From positions 157,046,001 through 157,110,000 of the forward strand of contig NC_042998.1 in NCBI RefSeq assembly GCF_006345805.1: a stretch of 64,000 nucleotides of DNA. Reading direction: 5' to 3'. The stretch comes from Octopus sinensis. Its lineage: Eukaryota. The notes under the pieces were generated by a model. The model was given only the letters and a program-made list of their open reading frames with translations, did not search any database and was not told the DNA's origin. Position numbers and translations under genes: made by a program. Below, one piece after another: positions 26,341 to 39,994 of the stretch; position 1 is the first letter of the stretch, and each line of letters starts with the position of its first letter.

Positions 26341-26935
26341 TCATTATTAAGTTTTATTTCAAGATTCCTTGCCAATAGAGAAAGAGCTGGTTTTAAACCT
26401 AGATTAAAGACTCCTTAATTGGAATTTCATCAACATCAACGGGGTATTTTTGTATGTATGTATATGTGCAGATTTTATGTCTTGTTTTATGTAGGTATTC
26501 TCATGCATATACTTGCATACCTAGACATACTCATATATATTTAAATAATAAACTTCTGGAAAGTTTTACAGATTTTCACAGTTCCAGTGATGGATTGAAT
26601 CTGTAGTCTTCGAATCAGTTTTCTCCTTTCTGGTTTTGAGAAGCCTAATTTCTCAAGGCAGGTATTTAGGCAGTGTGTTACATATCCAGTGACCAATAAT
26701 TACAGATTAAACGTATCCTAGTGCCCCACTAATTACAGGGATAAAATAACTGTACATTTCTCAATAGTTCAGACTAGGTATTTTCTTTTTCGCCGATCTT
26801 TAGCTTTATGTTAATATCAGCTGGACAGCTGATTTCCACAACTGTACACAGTTTTTCTTCTCTAATTCAAATCATTATGTCAGGTCTTTTATGTTTACAT
26901 TTTATTGACGTTTTCACTAGGATATTCCACCAGTA
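26341..26935 (-). mobile_element. 5'-truncated RLE-type non-LTR retrotransposon (restriction-like endonuclease end)
   Basis: Manual translation: YWWNILVKTSIKCKHKRPDIMI*IREEKLCTVVEISCPADINIKLKIGEKE...FIPVISGALGYV...LGFSK...LQIQSITGTVKICK, then a 3' UTR with AATAAA. Confidence 0.75.
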
Positions 26936-27750
26936 ATGTATGTATGTATGTATGAATTTATGTATGTATGTATGTATGTATGTATGTATGTATGTATGTA
27001 TGTATGTATGTATGTATGTATGCATGTATGTATGTATGAATGGATATATGTGGTCTTGTAGTGTGTGTGTGTGTGTGTGTGTAATAGTATATGCCTACTC
27101 TCGTGTCACGAGACATCAGTAAATGATGATGATGATGATGAATAATGATTGATTATGATAAAAATTTAACAAAATAAAAAAGTATAAATTAGTAAAAGAA
27201 AGAAAACAAGATGATTGACTGAGTGAGAAAAATGACATTTTATTGGTTACAGTTTGATTAAATTAGATTAATGTCCAAATTTTGGCAGTGCTCAGCAACT
27301 ATAAACAATATTATGTTCGCACAAGGTTAGAAATTTGGTTGTGAGCGATGTCAGTTGATTTAACACAACCTACTACTTGACTAAGGCAGCGAGCTGGCAG
27401 AAGCGTTAGCTCGCCGGGCGAAATGTTTATCAGTATTTTGTCTGTCTTTTCGTTCTGAGTTCAAATTCCGCCGAATTCGACTTTGCTTTTCATCCTTTCA
27501 GGGTCGATGAATTACGTACCCGTTGCGTATTGGGGTCGATCTAATCGACTGGTCTCTCCCCCTTGTGCTTAGAGTAGAAAAGAAACAACCCACCACTTGA
27601 CTAGTATCTAATTTTATCAACCCTGGAATGATGGAAAGCAAAGTTGAAATGATATTTAAAATTAGAACGTAAAATTAGAACGTAAAGAGCCAGAACAAGT
27701 AGCACAAGGTATTTTGTCCATACTCTGCCAATGAACCGCCATTTTATTCC

Positions 27751-27917
27751 TTTACTTGTTTCAGTCATTTGACTGCCGCCTTCAGTCGAACAAATCGACT
27801 TTATAAGCCTAGTACTTATTATATCGTTTTTTTTCCAGACCGTTAAGTTACGGGACGTAAACACACCAACATGGGTTCTCAAGCGATGGTGGGGGACAAA
27901 CACGGACACACAAACAT

Positions 27918-27950
<33 letters not shown>

Positions 27951-27954
27951 CAGG

Positions 27955-27986
<32 letters not shown>

Positions 27987-28990
27987 AAACTTACTTGGAA
28001 GAGGATGCGTGGCGTTTCATCATATAATAACAAAATAATAAATAAAAGATAAAATATATGCATATATACATACATATATGTACGTACCTACATCTATATG
28101 TATATATACATGCATATGTAGGTACAGGACACCCCAAAAAAACGTCGAACACAATGAGAAACGAAAACATAAAAACAGAACCATGGAAGCGGACATTTTT
28201 TTAAACAACGAAAAAACAGGGTACAAGACATACAACACAAGGAAAATTTGTACATATATGTATGTATATATGCATATGTTTTATTTTTTATTTATCATTT
28301 TGTTATTATGTGATGAAACGCCACTCATCCTCTTCCAAGTAAGTTTTATCTTAATAATTATGATGCGCACTCTTAACCTTACTGTCCCCCTCTCGCTCAT
28401 TCTTCATTCTTTCTGGTTTTCTCTGCCATTCTCTCCCTTTCACCGGTCCCTTTCTCTTACTACTCCTCCTCCTCCCTCTCGTCGCTGACATGTGACCAGA
28501 GTCCTTCTGTCTTTCTGAACACAGCCTTCAACAAGTATAGACGTCATCCTATCCCTTTCTTATGCCGTTGTTCTCACTCGTTCAAAATAATTTTCCTTTC
28601 GTTCGGCTTAACAGCACTTAACGTTCGTATTACTGTTATTCTACTTGTCCTGTCGTTTACCGTTTTTATTTTTATTTGTAGTTTTACTGTCCTATTTTTA
28701 CTGTCCTGTTTTTGTTACCACTTTTACCCCTCCGCAACGGAGTTAACGAAACGGAGGCGGCTGAAGAAGGGGAACTTTCCTTGTATTGTATGTCTTGTAC
28801 CCTGTTTTTTCGTTGTTTAAAAAAATGTCCGTTTTCATGGTTCTGTTTTTATGTTTTCGTTTCTCATTGTGTTCGACGTTTTTTTTTTGTGTCCTGTACC
28901 TATATATGCATGTATATATACATATAGATGTAGGTTCGTACATATATGTATGTATATATGCATATGTTTTATTTTTCATTTATTATTTTG

Positions 28991-29032
<42 letters not shown>

Positions 29033-29167
29033 GACGGATTCTTTCAGTTTCCGTCTCCCAAATTCACTCACAATTTGGGAGTAGAAGACAATTGCCTAAG
29101 GTGCCACGCAGTGGGACTGAACCCGGAGCCATGTGCTTGGGAAGCTTCTTACTACACAGCTACGCCT
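27751..29167 (-). mobile_element. SINE family C split by an insertion in its internal microsatellite
   Basis: 3' half at 27751-27970 and 5' half at 29031-29167, collinear with 14609-15034. Confidence 0.8.
27985..28993 (+). mobile_element. ~1 kb non-coding fold-back/partial-tandem element
   Basis: 27985-28245 is the inverse of 28775-28993 plus 28250-28345; direct repeat 28250-28305 / 28938-28993. Confidence 0.7.
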
Positions 29168-29585
29168 TAAAAAAAATCCTTTCTATTTGAGGCACAAGGC
29201 CTGAAGTTTGCGGGGAGGGGATTAGTCGATTACATCGACCCCAGTGTTTCTCTAGTACTTAATTTATCGACCCCGAAAGGATGAAAGGCGAAGTCGCCCT
29301 CGGGGGAATTTGAACTTAGAACTAACGATTCTGCCAGTTCGCCCCCTTACTACTACTAATGATAATGATAATCTTTTCTACTATAGGCACAAGACCTGAT
29401 ATTTTCGGGGAGGATACTAGTCGATTATATCGATCTCAGTGTTTCACTGGTACTTAATTTATCGATCCCGAAAGGACGAACGGCAAGGTCGACCTTGGCG
29501 GAATCTGGACTCAGAACGTAGCGGAAGACGAAATACTGCTAAGCATTTCGCCCTGCGTGCTAACGATTCTGTCAGATCGTCGCCT

Positions 29586-29634
<49 letters not shown>

Positions 29635-29646
29635 ACTACTACTACT
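29586..29646. repeat. (TAC)n/(TGC)n microsatellite
   Basis: Direct reading. Confidence 0.9.
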
Positions 29647-29951
29647 AAAATTTAGAGTGTCACAATCATAAGATAATAATAGGAAGTATACTAGTACGTA
29701 TATGTACACATGCAGCATGCATGTACACACACACACATACATACATACATACATACATACATACATACATACGTATACAGACACACACACATATACACAT
29801 TCTGTCTGAATTAAGTATAGATGTATTTAACATAGAAGTTTAAAAAAAAATTGGTACTGGGACACTTCAGAGGAAACAATATTTAAGAATTTATTTGTTG
29901 TCATTGCCACTATATCTGTAGCACCCTGTGTAGTTCAGACAAATATACAAA

Positions 29952-31433
29952 CAGTGACCCGCAAAAGTCTTATATTGAGTTAATAGTCATATATTGAGTT
30001 AACGCAAGTTAATAAAATTTCCACCATTTATGAAGTTTTTTGTGATAAATTCAATGCAACAATCAGAAGTACATAATAATGAACGGAAAAAAATTTATAT
30101 TAAAAGAAGCTGAAATTCAAGACGCACAAGTTTACAATACATTTAACTTAATTGAATAATTTTCCAGACATTTTGAATTAAAATGAGTGTTCTAGAAGAT
30201 TCGAGGAGTTTCGTCTGTGGGCATTTATATCTATTGCACCAGTTCTGACGAATATCACCGTAGAGTGAACATCAGCATCATGGGTAAAAATAAAGAAATT
30301 AGTCAGGACCTCTGCGAGCGTATTGTTGACCTTCATAAAAGTGGTAATCGGTACAGAAAGACCTCTGAGTTCAGTTGGGGCGATAATACGTAACTGGAAA
30401 TCTTGTAATTCCATTTTCTTTCTAGTCCGCTTCGGTCGCTCACGTAAGTTAGCAGAGCGTACAGTAAGAAAACTTGCAAGAACAGCTAATGACAGACCAC
30501 AAACTACACTCAAAGAGCTGCAGGAAGAACTGTGAAGTGCATGTGAGCATGGATACAATTTGTAGATCACTTCGTTGTTATGATCTCTTTTCTCTTTCTC
30601 CAAGAAAGACCCCAAAAGCTCGTTTGGCCTCTGCAAAAACACATATAAATGAACGGACAGCATATTGGGAAAACGTAGCTTGGTCTGACAAAACTAAGAT
30701 TGAACTTTTCAGCAAAAATTCGATCTGTGAGGTTTGGAGAAAGAACGGCACGGAATACATGCCAAAGAGTACTATTCCTACAGTCAAATTCGGAGGCGGA
30801 TCAGTAATGGTTCGGGCTTGTTTTGCTCATCAGGTGTTGGAAGAATGGAGGTAACTGAAGGAACAATGGATGGCGAAAAATAGAGGGGGATTTTACAGAG
30901 TTGTTAAATACCTAGTGCTTGCTCCCTAAACTTGGAACAAGGATGGGCCTTTCAACAGGGTATCGGTTCAAAGCACACGGCTAAGCTGACTAAGAATTGG
31001 CTGAAAACAAATGGGATTAATGTACTGGAATCGAAAATTTGTGGAAACAATTGAAACTCAGACTTCAAAAAAGAAACCCTCGCAACTTATAAGAATTGAA
31101 AAGAATTTAAGTTGAAGAATGGGGAAAAATAAGCCCCACCACATGTAAAACGTATTTAGGAGACTATTCAAAGCACCTGCAAGCTCTCATCATCAACAAG
31201 GGTTATGCAACTAAATACTGATTTGACTGTACAAATGTGTTGTAAGCTTTTGTGTTTTGAATTTCAACTTTTTCCATATAAAACTTTTCTCTTCCTTATT
31301 ATGTAATTATGACTGTTGCATTGAATTTATTACAAAAAACTTCATAAATGGTGGAAATTTCATTAACCTGCGTTAACTCAGTATCCGTAAATTTGGATTT
31401 TTAACTGTGCTTGTAAACTTTTGCGGGCCACTG
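29952..31433 (+). mobile_element. Tc1 transposon, degenerate, with long TIRs
   Basis: TIR cagtg(a/g)cccgcaaaagt; inner inverted match 30020-30060 / 31315-31358; MGKNKEISQDL...WSDKTKIELF...TVKFGGGSVMV...FQQ transposase with stops. Confidence 0.88.
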
Positions 31434-33028
31434 TGTAATTTTCTATGCGTAAATAGATCGGTTGGGAAGAATTTATTGACTGTTATTGTGCAAACCACTC
31501 GGACTGGAATCTGTAATCGTGTAAATCGCATAAAGGTTAATAGTTTTCGCGTCGCATTGACATGTTTTCTTTTATTCTGAGATACATTCTTAGATATTGT
31601 TGTCCACTATCGTGTTTACTCAAAAGGATTATTCGCATTTTATTCCATTGTAACGTCAATTAGTTTTGGAAACAGTATTTAACACCAAGGCTTCCCCCAC
31701 CAAAGATAGTTTTTAAAAAACGCCATTGGATAACTTAAAAATTTTTTTCATTAGGAACCAGTAATTTTATGACATTTCTCTATGAAATATGTTGATAATT
31801 TCTTTATTTGTAGAATCAACAATATTTGTAGTGGCTCATATTGCTCGACCTCTGAATTGAATTTTATAGTATTCAATGGGCTGTCAAAAACTTGATTTAT
31901 TATTTCATTTTAATTTGATATAGCCTCAACACAATTTGGAAGATCAATTTTGCCATCAGAGTCGTCCAGTTGTATTCATAGTAGGTTTGATTTTACTATT
32001 CTGCATCAGAATGAAGAATAGTCATAAATATGTTCATAATAGCTCTCCCGCTAGCTTTCTTTAAGAAAAAAGTTTTGTAGAAAATCGCATAGCAACTCCA
32101 TATTCTTAAACATCAAATCAAAAGTTTCTCAAACATTCCAAAATGTTTGTGGTACTTCATTTCAACAGATGCAGCTGATTAATCTCTCTAGCTTGCAGTT
32201 AAATCCCTTGCTGCAAACAGAATCACTGTTAGAGCATTATGGAAAGGTGAATGAGCTATAGAAAAATTATGCAAAAACATGCACCAACCCAGTTGATGTA
32301 AAAGTGAGGATTGATTTATTCCAATGTGCTTCATAACTCAATGTGTTTAGTTGAAATATTTTTTCTCCAAGACTAAAAAAATACTTTTGGATTGTTGTTG
32401 TATATGATATTCCACGTTGCACCCTTTTCTCTCTCAAGGAAAAGAGGACGAAGTGCAATGGATCGTAATTCAGATGGCTAAGTCACTGCAAACCTGGATC
32501 GCATTTGTGTACAATAATGCCACAATGTTCATTGTAATTTTCTCTCAAAGTAAAACTACTGCTATTTCAAAAGTAGTAGCTCTACCCTATTTTCTAGTAA
32601 AATCTAAAACAATGACAAACTGAAATATAGTATGTCACAGTACTGAGAGAAATGATATGTTCTATATAAATGTTTAAGAACTCATTATACAGGTCCAGTA
32701 GAATTATTTATTTAAATGCACATTAGATAAACAGTTTCAGCATCTGCATCATGGATGTAAATCTTGTTAAAGGATGCTGGTCGATATGCGACAGGTAATA
32801 TTTTACTTGGCAGAAGGTGATACGCAGTAAATTGAACTCTTCGGGTGTATGCACGATCTCTGTTTGAAACCATGTTTCAATTGTAGGTGGTACTATTCGA
32901 AGTGAGCTTATTGTGTTGACACTCCGAATGTTTCGTTAGAAATCAAAGATTCTTTAATTAAAATTCAAAAATGTTGCAGGTGGGTTGAATTTTCCATTTG
33001 CACAACAATGTTGCAACTTTGGATTTTA

Positions 33029-33830
33029 CAGGGTGTTCGGGCTAAATTTGATTCCTTACTAAAAAGGGAAAAGAAAGCACAATATCTCATCCGAAAATAA
33101 AAATGTTTTAAAAAAATATCAAAACATATCAACTAGATCAGATCTTCGCGACCGGTATGCCGCGGCACACTGGTGTGCCACGCGACGATGCTAGGTATGC
33201 TGCAATGTAATCTGAATATAATTCCCCCCGCCATACTTTTAGTTATGCTTTTAGTTCAGGTGTGCCGCGAAATTTTGAAAATAATGTAAATTTATTGCAA
33301 GTGAAAAAAGGTGGCGGAACACATAACTAGATTATGGTTGGAAAATAACAGTTTACTCAAGGTAGTCGCCCTTAGCTTCCATCACGGCCTCAAGACAGCT
33401 CCGGAGCCTGGTGCATGCGTTCCTCACTGTGTTTCTGGGAAAATCTTCGAAAACCTCCTTGATCTTGGCTACCAGTTCGGCCTTGGTGTTGCAGGTAGAG
33501 CGGTTGGTATCTTTCTCAACTGCACCTATACATAGTAATCCATGCGATTACAATTGGAGGAATTAGGAGGCCACAAATTGGGGCTGGTGAAGTCGTGGAA
33601 ATTCTTCGACAACATTTCTGACTCTTTCCGGAGGTATTGCGAGGAACTGAAATCTGCTGCTACACATATAGCCTTCTAGCAGCAATCCTCTCCAGCCACT
33701 GTTTGATCGCAGTCTCCAGATTACGGTTGTTACATTTTATCCTTTCACTTCTTTTAAAATATATGTGTCTCTCAGCAAAAAGAAACCAGTATTTTGTGTA
33801 TCGATGTGATAAACGCTGATAATAATTTTT
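33029..33830 (-). mobile_element. Tc1/mariner remnant, probably with a nested hAT-like fragment (~33140-33320)
   Basis: WPPNS...MDYYV*GAVEKDTNRS...RLRSCLEAVMEAKGDYLE* at ~33347-33590; cagggtgttcgggctaaatttg TIR-like end at 33029. Confidence 0.6.
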
Positions 33831-34439
33831 AGATTGATTTTTTTTTGCTATTTTTAATTTTCGATTGTGATCATATATTATGAGCTCTGTAATTTGAGTG
33901 TGGATTGGTCATACTGGACAACAAACTTAGAGATCTGTGGTTCAACAGTACTGGCTGGTACTACCTTGTGACCATGTTAAGTATACTTAATTTTTAAAGG
34001 CCGAGTCCACATAACTGCGCGTATTGTGATGAATACTGTAAACAACAGTAGCAAAAACCGTAAAAAGTGGCTGTTTGTTAAAACGGAAAGCCAACACTGC
34101 AAATCGCAGGTTTTAAGTACTGCCAAAAATTATTAGCCGAAGTACAGTGAGCAGGGAGGCGTATGATTTATTTATCTCTTGCAATGCATCCCAGCGTTGA
34201 CCGCGTGTTATGACCTACAGCCACATTGTATCATTTGTTCCTTTCTTATGGGCAGAATCGGCACAGTTGATATATAGTGAACTGGATTACTGGATTAATG
34301 GAAGTTAATTTCTTAATTTCTAACTTTTTACGAATTATTTTTTTTTATCCACGTAGAAAAATACAGAGATAACGAATCTGGGAAATATATATATTTTTTG
34401 AAGTTTAATTTTTCTTAATGAAACATTCAATGTCCCTTC

Positions 34440-34700
34440 CCCCACGTCGCCCATCCATCACTTACCTGCTTTCAAAACGCTAAAAACTCCCAATGATTCA
34501 CTTTCGTCTGATGTTTCACGCATTGTACTGAAATAGCAGGTGTAAAATATACCAGATCACCACCAAAAAACCCGACATGCTAGAAGCAACAGGTAAACGA
34601 CATTGTTTCTGAAGAAACTTACCCGCTTTTCAAAAAGCTAATAGTAAGACATTGGGAGTTTGTAGCTTTTTGAAAGTGGTGAAGTATTGGGTGGATGTGT
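34440..34700. repeat. Degenerate inverted repeat (MITE-like)
   Basis: 34450-34496 is inversely similar to 34649-34695. Confidence 0.45.
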
Positions 34701-35454
34701 GGGAATGAGATTTTAGAGTTTTTTAAGAAAAAAGGAAGAAAATTCTTAAAGATTCGTAATCTGTTCTTTTCTCCGTTGATTACCAAGAAAAAAATTGGAA
34801 AAAGTAAAAGTGAAGAAATTGAAGTGGGGAGGGAGAAAAAATATTGAGAACGTGTTTTTCGGGCGAAATCCTAATCTCCTGTATAGAAAATATAGGAATC
34901 GGAAGAAATTTAGGAAAAAAATAAGTGGGGGGGGCGCAAATGTCATCTTGGACATGCTAGAAATAACCTGGATTTGAGGTGTAATTTTGCGCGTGCACAC
35001 AGCAAGAAAAAAGCATAATTCGTACAGACGTTTTACCCAAAGTGTGTGTGTGTGTGTGTGAAAGGAAGTTATTTTATGGCATTCTTTAGTTTGAAGCAGC
35101 AAAGTTATCAACTCGATCATATGGTCGTTAATTTCTGTAATTGTTTTTTATTTCTTTATGCTTTAAAGAGAGCAGAAATTGAAAGAGAGGAGAAAGTGAA
35201 AGATGTATGTACGTGTATATGTAATAGGCGCGCGCGCGTGCGTGAGGGAGAGAGAGAGAGAATAAGTGAGTGAAGGTGTGTGTTGTCATGTATGTATTTT
35301 TTTGCATGTATGTGTAAGTGGCACTCACTCGCTCTCTCTCTCTCTGTCACACACACACACATTATCTTTCATACACACGTACATAAATACACGTGCATGT
35401 GCGTGTGTGTGTATGTGTGTGAAAGAAAGAGAGAGAGTGATTGTATTTCCTCGT

Positions 35455-35885
35455 AACATATAGAAAAATGGATGTGGCCGAGCATTACCCTAATAGAAGA
35501 AACCAAAAATGGTCGTTTTCCTTCTATCGCTGAATTGAATGACTGGTTCAACGATTAAATCAAAACTTCTCTGCTAGTTCCTCAACAGTTACGATGGAAT
35601 TCTGTTCCACCTGGGTTTGCAGGACGTCCTCGTCGAGCTCTACAGATCTTCCAGGATGAGGCTTGTCTTCTAGGCTGTAATTTCCGGATTGTAATTCCTG
35701 GAACCACAGTTGAGACTGGTTTACGCTTATTATCCGATCCCGATATACTGCATTAATATTTCTCTCACTTTCCGTTGCGTTGATGCCTTTATTGAACTCA
35801 TAAAGCAAAATATGCCGAATATGTTCCTTTGTCAGTTCCATTATATCTTTAAAAAAATTGCTGTTAAGATCGAATTGCACTCTTC
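35455..35885 (-). pseudogene. Mariner transposase N-terminal remnant
   Basis: EHIRHILLYEFNKG...WFQELQSGNYSLEDKPHPGR HTH motif. Confidence 0.8.
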
Positions 35886-36071
35886 AAAACTTGCACTAAG
35901 AATAAGGAATTTTTAATTATCCACAAGGGCCGACATAGAGGGGACAACACAAAAACATGTGGGGACACATAACACGAAAAAAAAGAAATTAAATTAAAAA
36001 TATAATTAAAAATATGGTAACATAAATGAAACATGAAAATGAGCTGCTTGCCCCACCTCAAGCAGCAACAC

Positions 36072-37173
36072 TTACTTCCTTCTGAATCCCGAGTCCTTCA
36101 AAACGTCCAATCCGAATTTTTCTTTCAGTTCCTCATATCCTACTTTTACCGGTATCCTTTTCAAGTTCACATAAGTCTTCCAATACTTATAACCTTTTTT
36201 ATATTTTTCAATCACTTCCTTCTGACTCTGAGACGCCAGCACACACATGTGCCAACCTACAACATCAGTATATCCCTCCGCATCCACAAATTTTGCTGTC
36301 TTCCACCTTTTGTGTATCTTGTGATGTCTGTTTCTTTTTTTACATCGTGAAAGAAGGGAATGGGTGAGTTTGGTGTCTGAGGGGAGAGGGTGGCTCTGAG
36401 AGGTTATGGGTGGAGCGGGGATCGCTTGGGGTTCCACATCACACTGTCCTTTCTTCCTCTTTTTCCTTCTCCCCTCTGTCACTGTCCATAATTCTTCCTT
36501 TTTCCTTTCTTCCATTTGTACCTCCTCTTGGTTCTCCGACTCTTTATCCACTTTTCCCAGGCTATGCTTCTGCAGAGGGAAGTGTGCCCTTTTCGCCACA
36601 ATTAAAACAGCGTGGGATTCTGCCCTCCTCCACACTCTCAAGATTATGTCTCCTACAGTCACTGTCTTCGTCAAGTCTTCCAAGGGTTATACTTCAGCCT
36701 GAACAGTAAGTTCTAATGTTTTTTCCTTTCCACATCACCTCCTCCGTTTCCACGGCTTGGAGGACGGTCACTTCCTCCTCACTTCCAAGGAGGACAACTC
36801 AAGCCACATCTATGTCTGGCGAGATTCCTTCTACCCTGATCTTGCATGTCCTCCTTCCAAGACACATAGGTAGAAGGACCACTTTATTCGACTTCACCGT
36901 GTTTACAGCCAGCCTCCTTGCTACCTCCTCCGTCTTGAACTGGATCACTACCGACCCATATTTGCTTCCTCTTGCCAAAAACACCATATCCTTAGATACC
37001 ATGTACAACGCCTTCTCAATTGTTTCGGCTTCTACTTGGTCTACCTTTTTCTGTTCCACTGAATAAACTTTATAAACACTGGTTCTCTTTATCATGTCCT
37101 CCATAACTTTCTGTGGAGGCGACAACTTCACGTCACCACCTACTTTATGTGCCATTTTTTGATGTTCTTCCAT
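36072..37173 (-). pseudogene. Diverged ORF1-like zinc-knuckle protein (distant homologue of the 9 kb and 60 kb ORFs)
   Basis: RGSKYGSVVIQFKTEEVA...LLPMCLGRRTCKIRVEGISP aligns with RGRKYATVVVYFKTENEA...LLPSYCGKRAVRMRISRISP; EGRIPRCFNCGEKG knuckle in a shifted frame. Confidence 0.7.
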
Positions 37174-37886
37174 TATAGACAAGTCTATTTTATTTCTTTT
37201 TTAACCCCGTTATCTCAGCTAAGTTCTTTTTTTCCCAAGACATGTGTCCATTCGGATTTCTGAAGTGGACAATTCCGACCCGCTAAGGTCCGAATAGAAC
37301 ATTTTTTCATTAGCCATCGCTATCTCTCTTGAAACAGAGAGAAAGCATAACCGGTAAACCACTACAAAGCAGCACAAAAATTAACACTTCAATATAACTC
37401 AATACACCTTTAAAAAATACGACTTGCAGTAAGAATAAGGACAAGGTAAAATTATAACCAGCTTTCATAGCAAGTTGATGCAGGTAGTTTATCCCGTCCC
37501 CCTCCGACTTTTAGTTCACGCAATTGAAAAAACCGCAGTACTTATGAGATGACTCAATATATATAGATAGATAATAAGCAGCTTTCTTTATTATAGTACA
37601 GGTGTAACTAATTTGGAGAAGCATTACTTTCATTATTCACACATAGTCACTCTCGTAGTGCAGCACTTTGTAATTTTGGTTCAAATTGAAAGCATGAAAC
37701 TATTTTCATTTTCTCATGAAACCGGGTCGTTGTAGAGCAGTGTCTTTCAAATAACTAAAGCTGGTTGTTGAGATAACGTAGAGAATATGTAAATAAAATA
37801 AAGTTTATTTAATTGCCGAAAGATTACTGAATCTTTTGACACCCCATACGTCAAAATTGGCAACTCAGTTTCCGAATGCATAAGGA

Positions 37887-37887
<1 letters not shown>

Positions 37888-37968
<81 letters not shown>
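37888..37968. repeat. (CA)n microsatellite
   Basis: Direct reading; other (CA)n tracts at 41236-41328 and 47003-47106. Confidence 0.95.
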
Positions 37969-37973
<5 letters not shown>

Positions 37974-38674
37974 CTCTTTTATATAAATAGATTACACGAA
38001 CTGACGTTCAGCGCCGTATAGGAAACGAAAGTATTAACTAGCCATAATTTTTATACATTTTTATTTTAAGAACATTCCTGTTACTATAAAACAGTCGTTT
38101 ATTACAAATAAATACTAGGAATTATGGTAATATGATTCGCACATCATATAGAATAATATGGGGAATTTTATTTAACTTTATCTCGTAGTTAACGTATCTA
38201 TACATTTGCAAAATGGTTCACCCCAACTAAAATCAATAATACATTAGAAAAAAAAAAATCAACCAAAATATTTTATCCGATTACAATTTCGAATACAAGC
38301 AGAAGGTAGTCAAAATCATAATTCCAGTTCAAACTGGTGCAAACATGTGTTAATTTGAAAATTATAGAGCAATTATAGAGCACATCCTGTTAGGTTTGTT
38401 TATATTTTCCTATCAGTTGGCATACTATACCCTAATTCGTTTCCTTTTCCTTAGCATATAATAGTAAAAGCCAGCGAAGTCAGTTACCTTAAATTTCAGT
38501 ATAAGTGTCGACATTTTAAGCTAGGCACCAGCCAACATGCCAAGTGTTCCTCTATCAATACAAGATGATAAACATATGGTGCAACACAACGTAAAGGAAT
38601 ATATGTTTCTGTGAAGTCCTTACAATTATAATAATTTTTTTATATTGAAATTAAATATATAATTAATCTTTCCA

Positions 38675-39067
38675 AAGGAAGAGCAGGCAGAAACGTTAGC
38701 ACTCCGGGCAAAATGCTTAGCGGTTTTTCGTCTGCCGTTACGTTCTGAGTTCAAATTCCGCCGAGGTCGACTTTGCCTTTCATCCTTTCGGGGTCGATAA
38801 ATTAAGTACCAGTTACGCACTGGGGTCGATGTAATCAACTTAATTCGTTTGTCTGTCCTTGTTTGTCCCCTCTGTGTTTAGCCCCTTGTGGGTAGTAAAG
38901 AAATAGGTATTTCGTCTGTCTTTACGTTCTGAGTTCAAATTCCACCGAGGTCGACTTCGCCTTTCATCCTTTTGGGGTCGATAAATTAAGTACCAGTTGC
39001 ATACTGGGGTAGATCTAATCGACTGGCCCCTCCCCCAAAATTTCGAGCCTTGTGCCTAGAGTAGAAA
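38675..39067 (+). mobile_element. SINE family A tandem dimer with gccccttgtggg linker
   Basis: Two monomers joined by tgtctgtccttgtttgtcccctctgtgtttagccccttgtgggtagtaaagaaata. Confidence 0.8.
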
Positions 39068-39994
39068 ATAAAATTTTAAAACTTAATTTGGGATTGTGCA
39101 AAGTTAATTCCCAGCGGATAATTAGCTACTTTATTCATTACAAAGTGATGAAAGACAAAGATGGAAAATAAATTCAGAAATAAGTCCAAAATCGTCTACT
39201 ACGAGACCATTACATTAGCGTGAGGTCATTTTATCTATTCTGCCACCCTCACGTAGACTGTAATACTGGTTTCAAAGTTTTTGCAAAAGGCCAGCAATTT
39301 CTGGGGTAGTGGTAAATCAATTACATCGCCCCCTAGTCTCAACGGGTACTTATTTCATCGACTCCGAAGCTATGGGAGGCAATATCAATCCTCGGCGACA
39401 TTTGAACTCAGAACGTCAGCATGGAAAAAATGCCGCTAAGTTGTTTGTCTGGTGCGGTAACGATTCTGCCAGCTTGTAGGCCGACATATACACCGTAATA
39501 TTGATAATTTAAAATATAAGATATTAATATAACAGCTGATGCTTCATAAACAAGTGACTGGAACGCTACTAAACTGAAATGTATTGATTTCAAATATAGG
39601 TACGCAGTCTCAAATTTTAGTGTGTGTGTGTGTTGGGGGATAATTGTTAAAATCAACTGTGATACTGGGCTGACACGTATTTTATCAGTAGAAATCATTT
39701 GCAATGAGTTTTGAAATCAGAGCACAAAACTAAATTACGCAGGTAATTTTTAGCAGATATATTGAATGTTGTTAATGCAAGTGTTCCACTGAAGTGTTAT
39801 GACCTATATCATTTCAACATATAGTATATTTACATTCTGGATTTTTGCTAATCTATATTTTGTCCATAAAGTCGGTTATAGACTTATGAGACACGTATAG
39901 ACTTAAACCTTATTTCAAGCATTTGCTGGGGTAAAAAACAAATATGGCAAAGTTTACGGTGATTGTAAATATATCTTAGGATAGTTTCCTTTTC

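Noticed and set aside
28761-28800. ctgaagaagggg...ccttg as a hammerhead
   Set aside because: Lacks GAAA and a pairable stem III.
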